Shown: in pieces, positions 1 through 11,440 of the stretch
How the letters are laid out: the number at the start of each line of letters is the position of its first letter
Position numbering within the stretch: position 1 is the stretch's first letter
Source of the DNA: Octopus vulgaris
Taxonomy: Eukaryota
NCBI GenBank assembly: GCA_951406725.2
Contig: OX597829.1
Location: 40,920,001 to 40,984,000 of the forward strand
Direction of reading: 5' to 3'
Length of the DNA stretch: 64,000 nucleotides
Notes under the pieces: model-generated
The model's input: only the letters and a program-made list of their open reading frames with translations
Databases searched by the model: none
Told to the model about the DNA's origin: nothing
Program-made: the position numbers and the translations under genes

Positions 1-360
1 GTTTGTCTGTGCGTGTTTCTGTGTGTCTGTTTGCTTGTACCCTCACCCTGACCACGGCTTTCAACCGATTCTGATGAAACTTGACACACACATAGCCCAA
101 TGTCAATTCAAAACTAACGCAGCGAAAATTTTGAAAAGTTCCCCCAGTTCTGAAAAAAAATCGATAAATTCGACATGGGGTCGAGAATCAGAAACACAAA
201 CCGCAAACTGTCTAGGGGACGCAACTCCACCTTTTTTAACTAAAAAAAAATTTACCATAATTTTTTTCCATTTTTTTGCTATTTTGTGGCTATAACTCTC
301 TAAAAATGCTTTATAGTTATTTCCCTTACAAACCTGAGCAACGCCGGGCGATACTGCTAG
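1..360 (+). mobile_element. Non-autonomous Helitron, 3' part (5' end lies outside the window)
   Basis: Ends ...CCTGAGCAACGCCGGGCGATACTGCTAG|T (subterminal hairpin plus CTAG followed by T). The last ~70 bp are nearly identical to the 3' ends at 54368, 55876 and 53047(-). Confidence 0.8.
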
Positions 361-679
361 TAGGTCTATAAAATAAAGTTTACAAATGAGTTTGGTTCAG
401 CAGAAGGTGGGTTTTTTATGATTAAAAAAAATAAATTTAACAGCGAAAAAATTGTTTTTAGCTTTCATGGTAAAATATTATTCCATATGTTGATACTGTC
501 ATAAACAAAGCTTTTTTGACAAATTGATACACGACAAAAGAGCGTATCAAAATTCAAGTCAGCGATAGCTCTTGTTTGGTAGTTAAGAGGAAGAGAATGG
601 TGACGGATAAATTCAAAGAAATAATTAAGGCGGTGATGATGAAATATTTTGTGGAATTTGATTGCAGAGTTGTATATAT

Positions 680-855
680 ATAGGGAGAGTTTACGAAAAA
701 ACCAAAAGACGAAGACAGGTGGTGTACAAAACAAACAGATGTATTAGTGTAACGCTAAGGAATTAAAAAAGTTTTTTTACGTTTCGAGCCTACGCTCTTC
801 TACAGAAAGGCACACAGAAAAAACAAGGAGAGAAAAAAATGTGTGTAGTGGCTAT
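680..855 (-). mobile_element. Penelope-like terminal-repeat (pLTR-type) fragment, family H1, with variant hammerhead at 775-808
   Basis: Homologous to 38100-38500(-) and 56880-57040(+); flanked by TA runs; carries TTT-CTGTAGA-A-GAGC/GCTC-GAAA-CG-TA-AAA. Confidence 0.6.
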
Positions 856-879
856 ATATTAATAAACGAAAGTAATTTT

Positions 880-2450
880 GATTGAGGATTGTTTATTTTG
901 GGAGTCTTCCATGATTTATGAATGGCATGGTTGAGTAAGCGCGCTTTGCAATTTCCTCAGGCAGCAACACAGTAAGAGAATTTTGAGTATATTAAAGAAT
1001 TTAAAAAAAAAAGTGATTCTAACATTTTCGGGAAGAAGGTAAGAAATTCTTTTTCACATACAGAGTACAGAAATTTTGTTTTGATAAATTGCTTATGTGT
1101 TTTGAAACTGAGAGACTCATCAAAATGAATGCCGAGAAATTTTGTTGATGTTACATGTGAAATTGCTTTACCTGCGATGAGAACATTAGGAAGAAGCTGT
1201 TTGGGCTTTGTGGAGTAAAGCATGTAGCAGGGATTTTTTTTAATATTAAGAGTAAGCCTAAGCCGATAAGCGATAAGCCATTGATAAACCTTGTCCAGTT
1301 CTGATTTAACTGTATTGAATATGGAGGGAAGGTCATAGTAGAGTCATCATCAGAATGTAAAAAATTTTATAAATTAGTAGAATTGCACATGTTAATATGG
1401 ATAAGGAATAGTAATGGTCCCAGTATGGACCCCTGAGTGACTCCTAGCTTTATAATGGTTTTGATGTTTCAACAGAAACATATTGTTTATGCTGTGAGAG
1501 GTACGATCTAAACCAATTGTTAGGAACTCCACGTATTCCTATACGCCCAAGTTTGGCCAACGATATATCTGAATGTACAGAATCGAACGCTTTACTGATA
1601 GCTAAATAAAGTGCAAGAAAATATTTAGAGATGTTTAGTGAACTGTTGGCATGATTCAAAGGATTGCATCAGCCGTACTTAAGTTTTCTCTGAAGTCAAA
1701 TTGGAGATGTGATAGTATTTTGTTAAGAATGAGAAATGACTGTAGTCTTTTGTACATTAACTTTTCAAAAATCTTCGAGAGAGTAGAGAGGATAGATATA
1801 GGTCTAGATATAGAGCTGGCAGATACGTTAGCACGCCGGGCGAAATGCTCAGCAGTATTTCGTCTGTCGCTACGTTCTGAGTTCAAATTCCACCGAGGTC
1901 GACTTTGCCTTTCATCCTTTCGGGGTCGATTAAATAAGTACCAGTTACGCACTGGGGTCGATATAATCGACTTAATCCGTTTGTTCGTTCTTGTTTGTCC
2001 CCTCTGTGTTTAGCCCTTGTGGGTAGTAAAGAAACCGATATAGGTCTGTAGTTACTTACAAAGTTAGAGGCACCTGTTTTAAAGACTGGAATGATACGTG
2101 CCGTTTTTAGACGGTCAAAGAATATGCCTTGTGCAATTGATTCAGAAAAGAGCATTGCAATAGGTAAGTTTATTATGTCAACAGTCTGTAAATATATGAA
2201 GAGATATTTTCATTTGAGTCTGGTTTATTTTAAAGGGAGTTTATAACAGATCTTACTTCGTCTGGGGAAAAATGAAATGCAAAGGAGTTTTGGTTACTAG
2301 GGCATGTAGAACAATGGGGAGGGGGGATCCAATCGTTAAGGTTCGTAGCTATATTAGAGAAGTAATTATTGAAGTTGCAGGCTATATCACGTAGGTTAGT
2401 AAGTGATTTATTTTCCTGTGGAATTTCATGTATCATATGTTTTTTCTTTT
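880..2450 (-). pseudogene. LINE ORF2 reverse transcriptase (disrupted)
   Basis: LKTARIIPVFKTG..NYRPIS|ILSTLSKIFEKL, QFDFRENLSTADA, ISKAFDSV, GIRG..WFRSYLS, GVTQGSILGPLLF, decayed ADD motif (SDDD), KFLGIHFDESLSF. Confidence 0.9.
1806..2036 (+). mobile_element. tRNA-derived SINE family A
   Basis: GAGCTGGCAGA..GTTCAAATTCC (A/B-box-like), central GCCTTTCATCCTTTCGGGGTCGATTAAATAAGTACCAG. An 11-bp TSD GATATAGGTCT (1795-1805/2037-2047) duplicates the RPIS codons of the LINE RT. Confidence 0.9.
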
Positions 2451-2484
2451 GATTGTTTGCAAGAGTGTTTATTGTTTTCGATGT

Positions 2485-2851
2485 GGAGGCGCAATGGCCC
2501 AGTGGTTAGGATCGCGGTTTCGATTCCCTGACCGGGCGTTGTGAGTGTTTATTGAGCGAAAACACCTAAAGCTCCACGAGGCTCCGGCAGGGATGGTGGT
2601 GATCCCTGCTGTACTCTTTCACCACAACTTTCTCTCAATCTTACTTCCTGTTTCTTTTGTACCTGTATTTCAAAGGGCCGGCCTTGTCACTCTCTGTGTC
2701 ACGCTGAATATCCCCGAGAACTACGTTAAGGGTACACGTGTCTGTGGAGTGCTCAGCCACTTACACGTTAATTTCACGAGCAGGCTGTTCCGTTGATTTG
2801 GATCAACCGGAACCCTCGTCGTCGTAACCGATGGAGTGTTTCCATTCATCC
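2485..2851 (+). mobile_element. tRNA-derived SINE family D1
   Basis: A box TGGCCCAGTGG, B box GGTTTCGATTCC; 14-bp TSD ATTGTTTTCGATGT (2471-2484/2852-2865); second copy at 61081-61392. Confidence 0.9.
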
Positions 2852-2964
2852 ATTGTTTTCGATGTTTTTTCGTATCACCAAGGTTTGCATGAAATTTATT
2901 TCGAAGATATTTATATTTAGACCGTTTTATAATTGTAGTGAGTAGTGTTTTATAGGTATTATAA

Positions 2965-3170
2965 TTCGAAAGTCAAAACTATTGAAAAGGTTGCAAGACG
3001 CAACGAAAAGTTTAGGAAAATAAAAATAAGAAAAAAGTGGAAATTTTACCGGTGAGTGTGTTAAATAATAAGACACAAAACGAAAATGACTCTCCCCAGA
3101 CACAACAGAATATGCTTCAACACACGAACTCATATAAAGAATCTTGCAAACCAAATCCAAAAACGAAATA
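2965..3170 (-). repeat. Interspersed repeat inserted in the LINE, same family as 17470-18210
   Basis: Near identity of GTTTGCAAGATTCTTTATATGAGTTCGTGTGTTGAAGCATATTCTGTTGTGTCTGGGGAGAG... between the two loci. Confidence 0.75.
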
Positions 3171-3479
3171 TAATTTGAAAGGTTATTTGGCCGTTTTTTT
3201 TTATATTGGCAAAAAGCGCATACTTTTTATTTATACGATTTCGAATACCACGTGTTTAACCATGGTTTGAGGTAAGAATTAGGAGATATTGTTTTGATAG
3301 AATAGGGCAATACATATTATGTATTTCAGAGAAAGTTGTGATAAAAAATTCTGTTTTGCGATTAAAGTCTGAAATAGGAAAAGTTATAAAATTAGAAGTA
3401 AATGTCTGAAGAGATTTGCGCATTTTATCTGAGGAGGTCTGGCTATGATCACGGTAATATTTTGTTATTTGGTTCACGT

Positions 3480-4217
3480 AAATATCCTTCGAGGTTGAAT
3501 AAGGTGAATGTAGGAGAATGATCAGTTATTTCTACGTCAAAAACACCAGAATGAGTATTGGAAAGTTGATTATATCATATTCTATCTAGACATGAATCGG
3601 AAGTTGTTGAAGAATGAGTAGATAGTGTGATGAGGGCAGAAAAGATGAAGAATAAAAAGTATTTATAAATTGATTTCCGGCGTTAGTAGGATTTAAGATG
3701 TCAATGCTAAAATCATCAGATACGACCGCAGCGTAGTTCGGATTACAAGAGGACAGAATATTTGATAGACATCAAATGGATGCCGGCATCAGGAGGTCGA
3801 TAAACTCCTATTACAGTGCATGTAGAGGAATTAATTGTTATTTTAACAGAACATACTTCAATATTATTATTAATATATGACCAGTCATACATTAAAGAAC
3901 ATAGTTTGGATCGTACATACACACTTATACAACCACCTTTTTTTATGATCACGAAAAATATGGTAGCTATTGCAGCCAGGTATATTTGCACTTTTGATCA
4001 TAGTAAACCAAGTTTCAAAAAATACAAGAATTTGAGGCATTTTACATAAATTGTTTAAGTATAATAAGAATTCGTCTATGTTTTTATTAAATGAACGCAC
4101 ATTAAAATGTGTTAAGAGAAAATTAAAAGTAGTTTTAGAATGTAAATCGTTAAAAGTTTGAAAGTTATAACGTTTACAACTTATGCTAAATGGGTCAATA
4201 TTTTCGGGTGTAGCCAT
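3480..4217 (-). pseudogene. LINE ORF2 APE endonuclease (disrupted)
   Basis: HFNVRSF, VFFETWF, GGCISVYV, VIGVYRPP, and decayed GDFNID and SDH motifs. Confidence 0.85.
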
Positions 4218-4918
4218 TATCGATTCTGTTTATCATGAGGCAGAGTCACGATCTCATTATTTGCATTAAATTCTTTAGCTGGAATGTCAACAATTTTTGC
4301 TATTGAAGTGTCAGCTGAGAGTAATTGACGTATATATTTCGTCTTCAGGTCTGCAGAGGCCTCGAGTGTGATTTTTTTGTTGATCATACAATTCTTTCAC
4401 GTTATCGAATGTGACTTTGTGCGCGTGCCTTTCCATTTTTTTTTTTTTTTGAAGATTCGAATTCCGTTGGTTTGAGTTTGTTCGAGAAATTGGGGTCGGG
4501 TCGGGTCGAGTAGTTAACTCACATTCTCATGCTGTGGCTTGCTTGTTTGAAGTAAATGGGGATCTGCGAGAGGGTTGAGATTTTGAGCATTCAATTTGTT
4601 AGTTGGGGAACCAGGTGTTGTGTCTTTCGAAATTTTGGGGGTTTGAAAAATCTTAGCTGAAGGAGGGAAGATGGAGCCCATGTTGATATCTGGTAGCCCG
4701 TTTGAGTCCAGTGGGTGATTGAAGGTGTCCTGAAAACATCCGGAAGTTCCCGCTCCTTTCATGGAAGCAATAAAGAGATAGGGGAATGCTTTTGACAAAA
4801 GATCATTTAGATCAGGTAAACTGGTCGTTATACCTGAAGCATATGATGGATTGGGTGAGGACTGGTAGTTAGTAGAAACTGGAGGATGGGTATTCGTTGG
4901 CTTTTTTAGGTTTTTTTC

Positions 4919-5155
4919 TTATTTCTTTATTGCCCACAAGGGGCTAAACACAGAGGGGACATACAAGGACAGACAAAGGTATTAAGTCGATTACATCGTC
5001 CCAGTGCGTAACTGGTACCTTATTTATCGACCCCGAAAGGATGAAAGGCAAAGTCGACCTCGGCGGAATTTAAACTCAGAACGTAACGGCACACGAAATA
5101 CCGCTAAGCATTTCGCCCGGCGTGCTAACGATTCTGCCAGCTCACCGCCTTTAAA
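4919..5155 (-). mobile_element. SINE family A
   Basis: Reverse-complement copy; TSD TTTTTTAGGTTTTTTTC (~4902-4918/5159-5175). Confidence 0.9.
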
Positions 5156-5189
5156 TTTTTTTTTAGGTTTTTTTCGTTTCGCAGTGACA

Positions 5190-5800
5190 ATTTTTTTTTT
5201 ACGTTTAGGGTAGGATATGACGTCCTATTATGTAGGCCGTTGCAGTTAATGCAGAGAAAAGCAGTAGAGATACAGTTGTTGAATGTGTGAGACGAATATG
5301 AGCACCTGGAACAAGCAAGGAGATCCTTGTTTTTGGAGCGGTCTATTGTGAAAGGTTTTTCAAAGATAAAAATAGCGGTAGCAAATTGTAACATCCACAT
5401 AAACTTCAGATTGAATATTTCTAAGAGGGGTATGAAGATGAAACAGGAAGAGACCATACAATTGAACCTTTTGCGACATTTCCTGTGAATCAAACGTGCT
5501 TTTAATTGTCTGAGAGTTTAGTATCTTGTAAATGTCATTTATTGTTATTCCAAGTTTGTTGTTTTGAATTTCGCGCTTGATTTTGGAGGGATCGTGATCA
5601 GTGATCAGAGAATGACAGCGGGAAAGAAGCACTGTTCGCTTGGCTTTGATAGAAGCGGGTAGTACCGGGGCACATTTAATTGCAGAAAGGGAATTTATGC
5701 AAGAGGCACTGGATATTTTATTGGCATCTATATTCTCATGATAAAACACTAGGAAACTACTCTTTTGATTTTTAATATTAGAGCATTTCTTAAGCATTTC
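5190..5800 (-). pseudogene. LINE ORF1 gag-like zinc-knuckle protein (disrupted)
   Basis: CSRCSYSSHTFNNC (CX2CX4HX4C) followed by CINCNGLH, upstream of APE on the same strand. Confidence 0.7.
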
Positions 5801-5802
5801 TT

Positions 5803-6035
5803 AAGGCAGCGAGCTGGCAGAATCGTTAGCACGCCGGGCGAAATACTTAGCAGTATTTCGTCTGCCGCTACGTTCCGAGTTCAAATTCCGCCGAGATCGA
5901 CTTTATCTTTTATCCTTTTGGGGTCGATTAAATAAGTACCAGTTACGCACTGAGGTCGATGCAATCGACTTAATCCCTTTGTCTGTCCTTGTTTGTCCCC
6001 TCTATGTTTAGCCCCTTGTGGGTAATAAAGAATTA
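5803..6035 (+). mobile_element. SINE family A
   Basis: Full copy; 16-bp TSD AATATTAGAGCATTTC (5774-5789/6036-6051). Confidence 0.9.
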
Positions 6036-6539
6036 AATATTAGAGCATTTCACTTCACTAAAATGAAGGATCTTCAAAATTGCTGTGGGCGATACATTAG
6101 AACTTGCTTCACTTTTTATTTTGATGATGGACATTGTTATGATGAAGACTATTATTGAAAAGTAATTTTGAACTTCGGAAAGTTTCACCCAAAAGAGAAT
6201 TGGGTAACTTACAGATGTAATGGCTCGACGGAGAATCAGTCCTTTTCTGCACTTTGTTTGCTTGAGGGTGTTTTTTACTCTTTTTTTTTTACTCCAAACC
6301 TAGTAGATAAAAACATGAGACCGTATAATAATAAAATAAAAACCTTTCTATTTCTCTGAGAAAATTTATCGTGATGTGTTTGGAGTACTGAGTTGTTTTA
6401 TTTGAATAATGGCAATATATTACGCACATGAATCAGATATTTCTCCAAGCATAAATATTTATACATTTCTATGAAATTCATTTGTTTCCATGTTTCAGTC
6501 TTGAAAGAAATATTTTTATAAGCGAATTAGATAAATCAC

Positions 6540-7980
6540 ACTCTAACGGGTCAGATATCAACCCAATGTCTCAAGAACCCCCACTGTCCAAAGATTCTTG
6601 CCTGATTAACTCCTTGCAGGATTCAAGTTGCAATAATACGCGGGGAAGAATAATCGGCTGGCTAATGATTAGGCGCATATTATACATATTATACAGCATT
6701 AAAAATGACAAGGAAAGACTCTTCGTTGCTGCCACTTCTTGTGGCACTGGAGAGACCCACTTTATAAACATTCGGCTTGCAAAATTTCATTAAAGGCTGC
6801 CGGATACACTTGCGGTGACACCAAGCTGTATTATAGCAACACTTCTGAATGATCATCATTCATCATTGTTCGACCATGATCGAGACAATGGAATTTACTA
6901 TGTTACGCCAGACTTCACGGTCCATCATAGCATTACGGAGGTCCTGTTGCTGGATGCAGGTATCCCTGGAGATTACATCAGGGTAGGAGAGTGTGCGCCC
7001 TCTGGTATCGCGTGCAGATGGCTTCCAGAGGAGAAGAGTAGAAATTACCTCGTTTTCAGCTCTACAACAATGTCCAGCAAACTGGACTCTCCTACCTTTC
7101 ACAAGAGATGATACAGGTGGTAGTTTCAGTTTCCCATATATTTGTACTTTGGTTGGATGACGCTTCCATGAGAGATTTTGAGCTCTCATAAGGAGGCAAG
7201 TGTAGGTTCCATCCAACCGCCTCTCAAGCTTCTTTGATATCGTCCAGGGTTCTGAGCCATATGGTAGAATTGGTTCTGGATGAAGGGGAAACTCCCTGTT
7301 CAACATTTTAAGCTGTCCTTAGATCTCTTACCTTATGAACGCTCTCTGTGACGCATTAAGAAGAATTTATCCAAGGTCAAACCCGTGCAAAGATGCTAGT
7401 TGATCACTTGAGCAGTTGAAGCTTTGGATCGGATAATGCCAACATATGAAAGACAACATGCAGGTAATTGGCAGGAGGAGCAAGGTTCCTGCTGATGGTC
7501 ACAGACAAACTCTGAATGTAACTCATCGAAGGGTAGAAACTGATCAAAACAATACCTGTTTCAAAGCAACTTATTTCTGGCCTCGTATTGACGAAGCCAT
7601 ACAAAGCATATTGCAAATATACTTGAATGGAGAAAATGTTATCGAATGTTACCCATTCATCTATTCCAGACAGAAAATGGATTTCTTGAAAGGAACTTCA
7701 ATGAACACATTCTATTGTCCTTTGGCCAAATCATTCACGACCGAGAAAACTGATTACCCATAGTCTTTCCAAACATTCAAAGCCAATAATGTAGTCCAAA
7801 ATTAATCCGCGAAAGAAAAATCGCAGCTTCTTCATAAAATATTCTGTGAGAGAAATCAGAAGTAAAGTCGACAGATTCTATCCTAAGAGGAAATATGTTA
7901 TATAAGTTTGCGGACACGGTCAGTTCCTCGGACAAGTTTGTAAATTATCCAAATGACAGAATACTGAAATAGTGTAAGAT
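6540..7980 (+). mobile_element. Highly decayed Gypsy-type pol (RNaseH/integrase) remnant, split by an RTE fragment
   Basis: AGKNNRLAND resembles the GK.N..AD motif; TLNVTH...ATYFWPRIDEAIQ resembles the integrase zinc-binding H..YFWP.I...I segment. Confidence 0.4.
6849..7281 (-). mobile_element. 5'-truncated RTE-clade LINE 3' end
   Basis: PILPYGSEPWT..LERRLDGTY..LLMRAQNLSW..RRVQFAGHCCR..DREVWR stop, followed by a short TGA-repeat tail. Confidence 0.85.
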
Positions 7981-8169
7981 ATGAGGTTGCTCTGGGTTCG
8001 CACAAGGCAAGAAGTTGGACATTATTTGGCCCATGACACTGCATGGACCTTGGCTCTTGTATTTGCGATTTTATGTATATATGTATGAGCCAATGAGGGA
8101 GACCTCTACATGGTAGCTAGACTTGTTAGAAATAGCAGCAAAATCTCCCTCAAAACACCCTACTGTCTT

Positions 8170-8754
8170 AATCCGACAATTCTGCCTATTATGTAAATGA
8201 GAAACTGTAAATAAAGATTAAGATTATTAACCCCAAAATTTTACGCGTTTTAATAGCAATCAATTTTTTCTCCTTTTTTTGCGTAACTTTTTATGTCAGC
8301 TGTAAAAGTGAAGACGGTTAACTTGGACCGTGTTAAGTAGTAGAGATGTTTGGTGATTCAATGGGGTGGTTTCTTTTGACAGTTTCTTCTCAGTAAGGAT
8401 AATTGATTGATAACGAAGCTTAACACAATAAACATACAACTTCAAGTGGAATTGGACGTCATAAGAGAGACAGCAAAGCGACGGTTTTGGCTGTCTGTCA
8501 TCCTGTACCCCGCTTGTTGCTAGCGGATTGGTATGTGCGGCTGTCTGAGCAACTGGTTGATTTCAAACGCGGAACGAACAGGACAAAAATAGCGATTCTC
8601 ACCTTGAAACTAACTATTTTGAAAATCTTTTTAGATTGCGGAACGCCACGCTCTCTCATGTATCCATGTTTAAAATTTCAGCACGATCGGCTGAACAATA
8701 CTCGAGTTATAAGCGCACAAACAGACAGACAAACAGAACGGATTTTATATATTA

Positions 8755-8757
<3 letters not shown>
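8170..8757 (-). mobile_element. Helitron-like non-autonomous element, 5' part (3' end not seen)
   Basis: A|TCTTAATATATAAAATCCGTTCTGTTTGTCTGTCTG 5' terminus, of the same type as the other Helitron 5' ends here. Confidence 0.55.
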
Positions 8758-8804
<47 letters not shown>

Positions 8805-8849
8805 ATCTATCTATATATATGATTTTGATTTTTTGATTTTGATTTTTTC

Positions 8850-8922
8850 CAGTTTCAGCTTATGAGCTGTGGCCATGCTGGGGCCCGCCTTTTAATAATT
8901 TTTTTTTTTTTGTGAATTCTCC

Positions 8923-8994
<72 letters not shown>

Positions 8995-9125
8995 TATAAA
9001 CGACGGGCTTCTTTCAGTTTCCGTCTACCTAATCTACTCACAAGGTTTTGGTCAGCCAGTGGCTATAGTAGAGAACACTTGCCAGCAGTGGGGCTGAACC
9101 CGGAACCATGTGGTTTGGAAACACG
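8850..9125 (-). mobile_element. SINE family B, internally deleted
   Basis: Matches family B tail and CGACGGGCTTCTTTCAGTTTCCGTCTACC body, with an internal (TA)n. Confidence 0.75.
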
Positions 9126-9297
9126 CCTGCAGAGTGTGTTTGCATTGCATGTACATGCGAATTAGAGCCCATGATGTAACCAGAAATGAACTATGAACTG
9201 GCTATAACCATTCGGAAGTAAATATTTTGTTTTTCATATCTCAATTTTAGACATTGTTACATACAGGAGTAAATACATATATTTGAATATATATACA

Positions 9298-9666
9298 CTA
9301 GCACTATGACCCTGCAATACCAGATCATAGTGCTAGTGTATGCATATACAGCTGCGTGCGTGCGCACATACACACGAGTACTGTCCAAATCTCCGACCAA
9401 TCACATACAGCTAGCTGGCATTTAATTGGCGTATCAAGTTTCGGGCATTTTGATTGGGTTTTGGATAGAAAATTCACAAAAAAGTCACTTCTATTGCTTT
9501 TTTTAATGGCTTTGCAGGGTGACTGGGGAAATGTAAAGATGTGCACGACCACCCTTGGACGGTTTTGAATGACCATAGAAAGTCCAAGCCCTCTAACTGA
9601 AAAATTGCGGATTTGTATAAAGGACACGCACACACACACAAAAAAATTGCCGTTTATATATAGAGA
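9298..9666 (-). mobile_element. Complete non-autonomous Helitron (369 bp)
   Basis: A|TCTCTATATATAAAC...CTAG|T insertion; terminal inverted repeat CACTAGCACTATGA/TCATAGTGCTAGTG. Confidence 0.8.
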
Positions 9667-9705
9667 TAACGATATGCATAGAAACACCACGATACAATTA
9701 CATGG

Positions 9706-9740
<35 letters not shown>

Positions 9741-9807
9741 TAGATAAACTTAGATATGTTTCGACCAATGATTGGTCCAGGCCATGTCTAACTTAATAGC
9801 AATGTTC

Positions 9808-10165
9808 TTTTACTTGTTTCAGTCATTTGACTGCGACCATACTGAAGTACCACAGTGAAGAGTATTAGTCGAACAAATTGACCCTAGGACTAATTGTATT
9901 TTTAAGCCCAGTTTGCGCTAAGTTACGGGAATGTAAACACACCAACACCGGTCGTCAAGCGGCGATGGAGGATAAGCGCAGACACAAAGACACACACACA
10001 TATGTACAACGCTGCTTCTCTCAGTTTCCGTCTACCAAATCCACTCACAAGGCTTTGGACAGCCCGAAGCTATAGTAGAAAACACTTGCCCAAGGTGCCA
10101 CGCAAGTGGTACTGAACCCGAATCAATGTTGCTAGGAAGCAACCTTTTTACTACACAGCCTCCCC
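9808..10165 (-). mobile_element. SINE family B (diverged)
   Basis: Homology to the full copy at 54563-54975. Confidence 0.8.
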
Positions 10166-10170
10166 TCCAT

Positions 10171-10209
<39 letters not shown>

Positions 10210-10305
10210 CATACATATATATATATATATATATACATATATATATTTATATATATATATATATATATATACATATATATACATATATATATATATATAT
10301 ACATA

Positions 10306-10349
<44 letters not shown>

Positions 10350-10362
<13 letters not shown>

Positions 10363-10660
10363 ATTCGAGTGCAAAACAAACAAGGAAAGACTTAATCAAT
10401 ACATAAAAATTTTTAATATAAAGAAATAAACCGCCACTACAATCTTTTCATGTCTTCAAAGACATTGTGTGGATTTTCGATCTCCTAATCTGTTTTAATT
10501 TATTTCTTTATATTAAAAATTTTTATGTATTGATTAAGTCTTTCCTTGTTTGTTTTGCAAAGTAGTGGTTTTGTCTCGAATTATATTATATAATATTTTA
10601 CTATAAAATTGGATTTAATCCTAAATCTGATTTTTCCTGTAAATTTGGATTTATTCCCTA
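10350..10660. repeat. Inverted-repeat element between (TA)n tracts (Penelope-like inverted terminal structure)
   Basis: Perfect ~60-bp IR at 10371-10430 vs 10499-10558. Confidence 0.65.
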
Positions 10661-10661
10661 A

Positions 10662-10699
<38 letters not shown>

Positions 10700-10703
<4 letters not shown>

Positions 10704-11035
10704 CGGAATAGTTTTGGTGAAGTATTGTGTGGTATAACTTTAAAGAGATTTCTTGTGTAAGGCCGTAATAATCCGAAAAGGTACAAAGCAAACTACAAAA
10801 GGAAAACAAAACAAAGTTGCAAAACAAAGCGAAGGAATGGAAAAGCCTTTGCTCATCTGAGCAACGACTTTTCCATCCAACACTTTCGCCAAATGTCCTG
10901 AAGAAGGGGTTATAACCCCAAGATATAGAAATAAAAGGTAAAACTGCGACTTTGTATTCTTTACTCTCCCTTTTCCTTTTGTAGTTTGCTTTGTACCTTC
11001 TCGCATTGTTCCGACTTTACTCAACAAACTTCTTT
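10700..11035 (+). repeat. Inverted-repeat element with a decayed hammerhead (10893-10932)
   Basis: IR ~10778-10806 vs 10971-10999; ATGTC-CTGAAGA-A-GGGG/CCCC-AAGA-TA-TA-GAAAT (GAAA box mutated). Confidence 0.5.
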
Positions 11036-11259
11036 AATATATATGTGTGTGTATATACACGCGTACGTGTCTGTCTGTCTCTATGCATACATGTATGGAT
11101 CTATGCATACATCTATTGATGTATGCATGTGTGTGCCTGTATCTATATGTGTGTATGTGTGTGTGTGTTTGTGTGTGTGTGTGCATATACTACTGTGTAT
11201 TTTGCTTTTAATACATTTCAGTTTGCAGAGCTTGTCTTTCCTTAAAGTTCTTTATAACA

Positions 11260-11378
11260 AGGCACCATATTTACTGCTTATTTTTTTAATAACTGCTTTC
11301 TTTGCGTATTCATTGATGCTGAGTAACTGAGTCTGAGTATTTATAAATTGGAAATACTTTAAACTTTGTAAGTTCATT

Positions 11379-11440
<62 letters not shown>

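Larger units (their letters stand above)
365..6330 (-). mobile_element. Decayed near full-length CR1-group (CR1/L2/Crack-like) LINE, interrupted by 4 SINEs and 2 other repeats
   Basis: Ordered on the - strand: ORF1 with Cys/His knuckles, APE endonuclease, RT and C-terminus, all with many frameshifts and stops. Boundaries are approximate. Confidence 0.8.
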
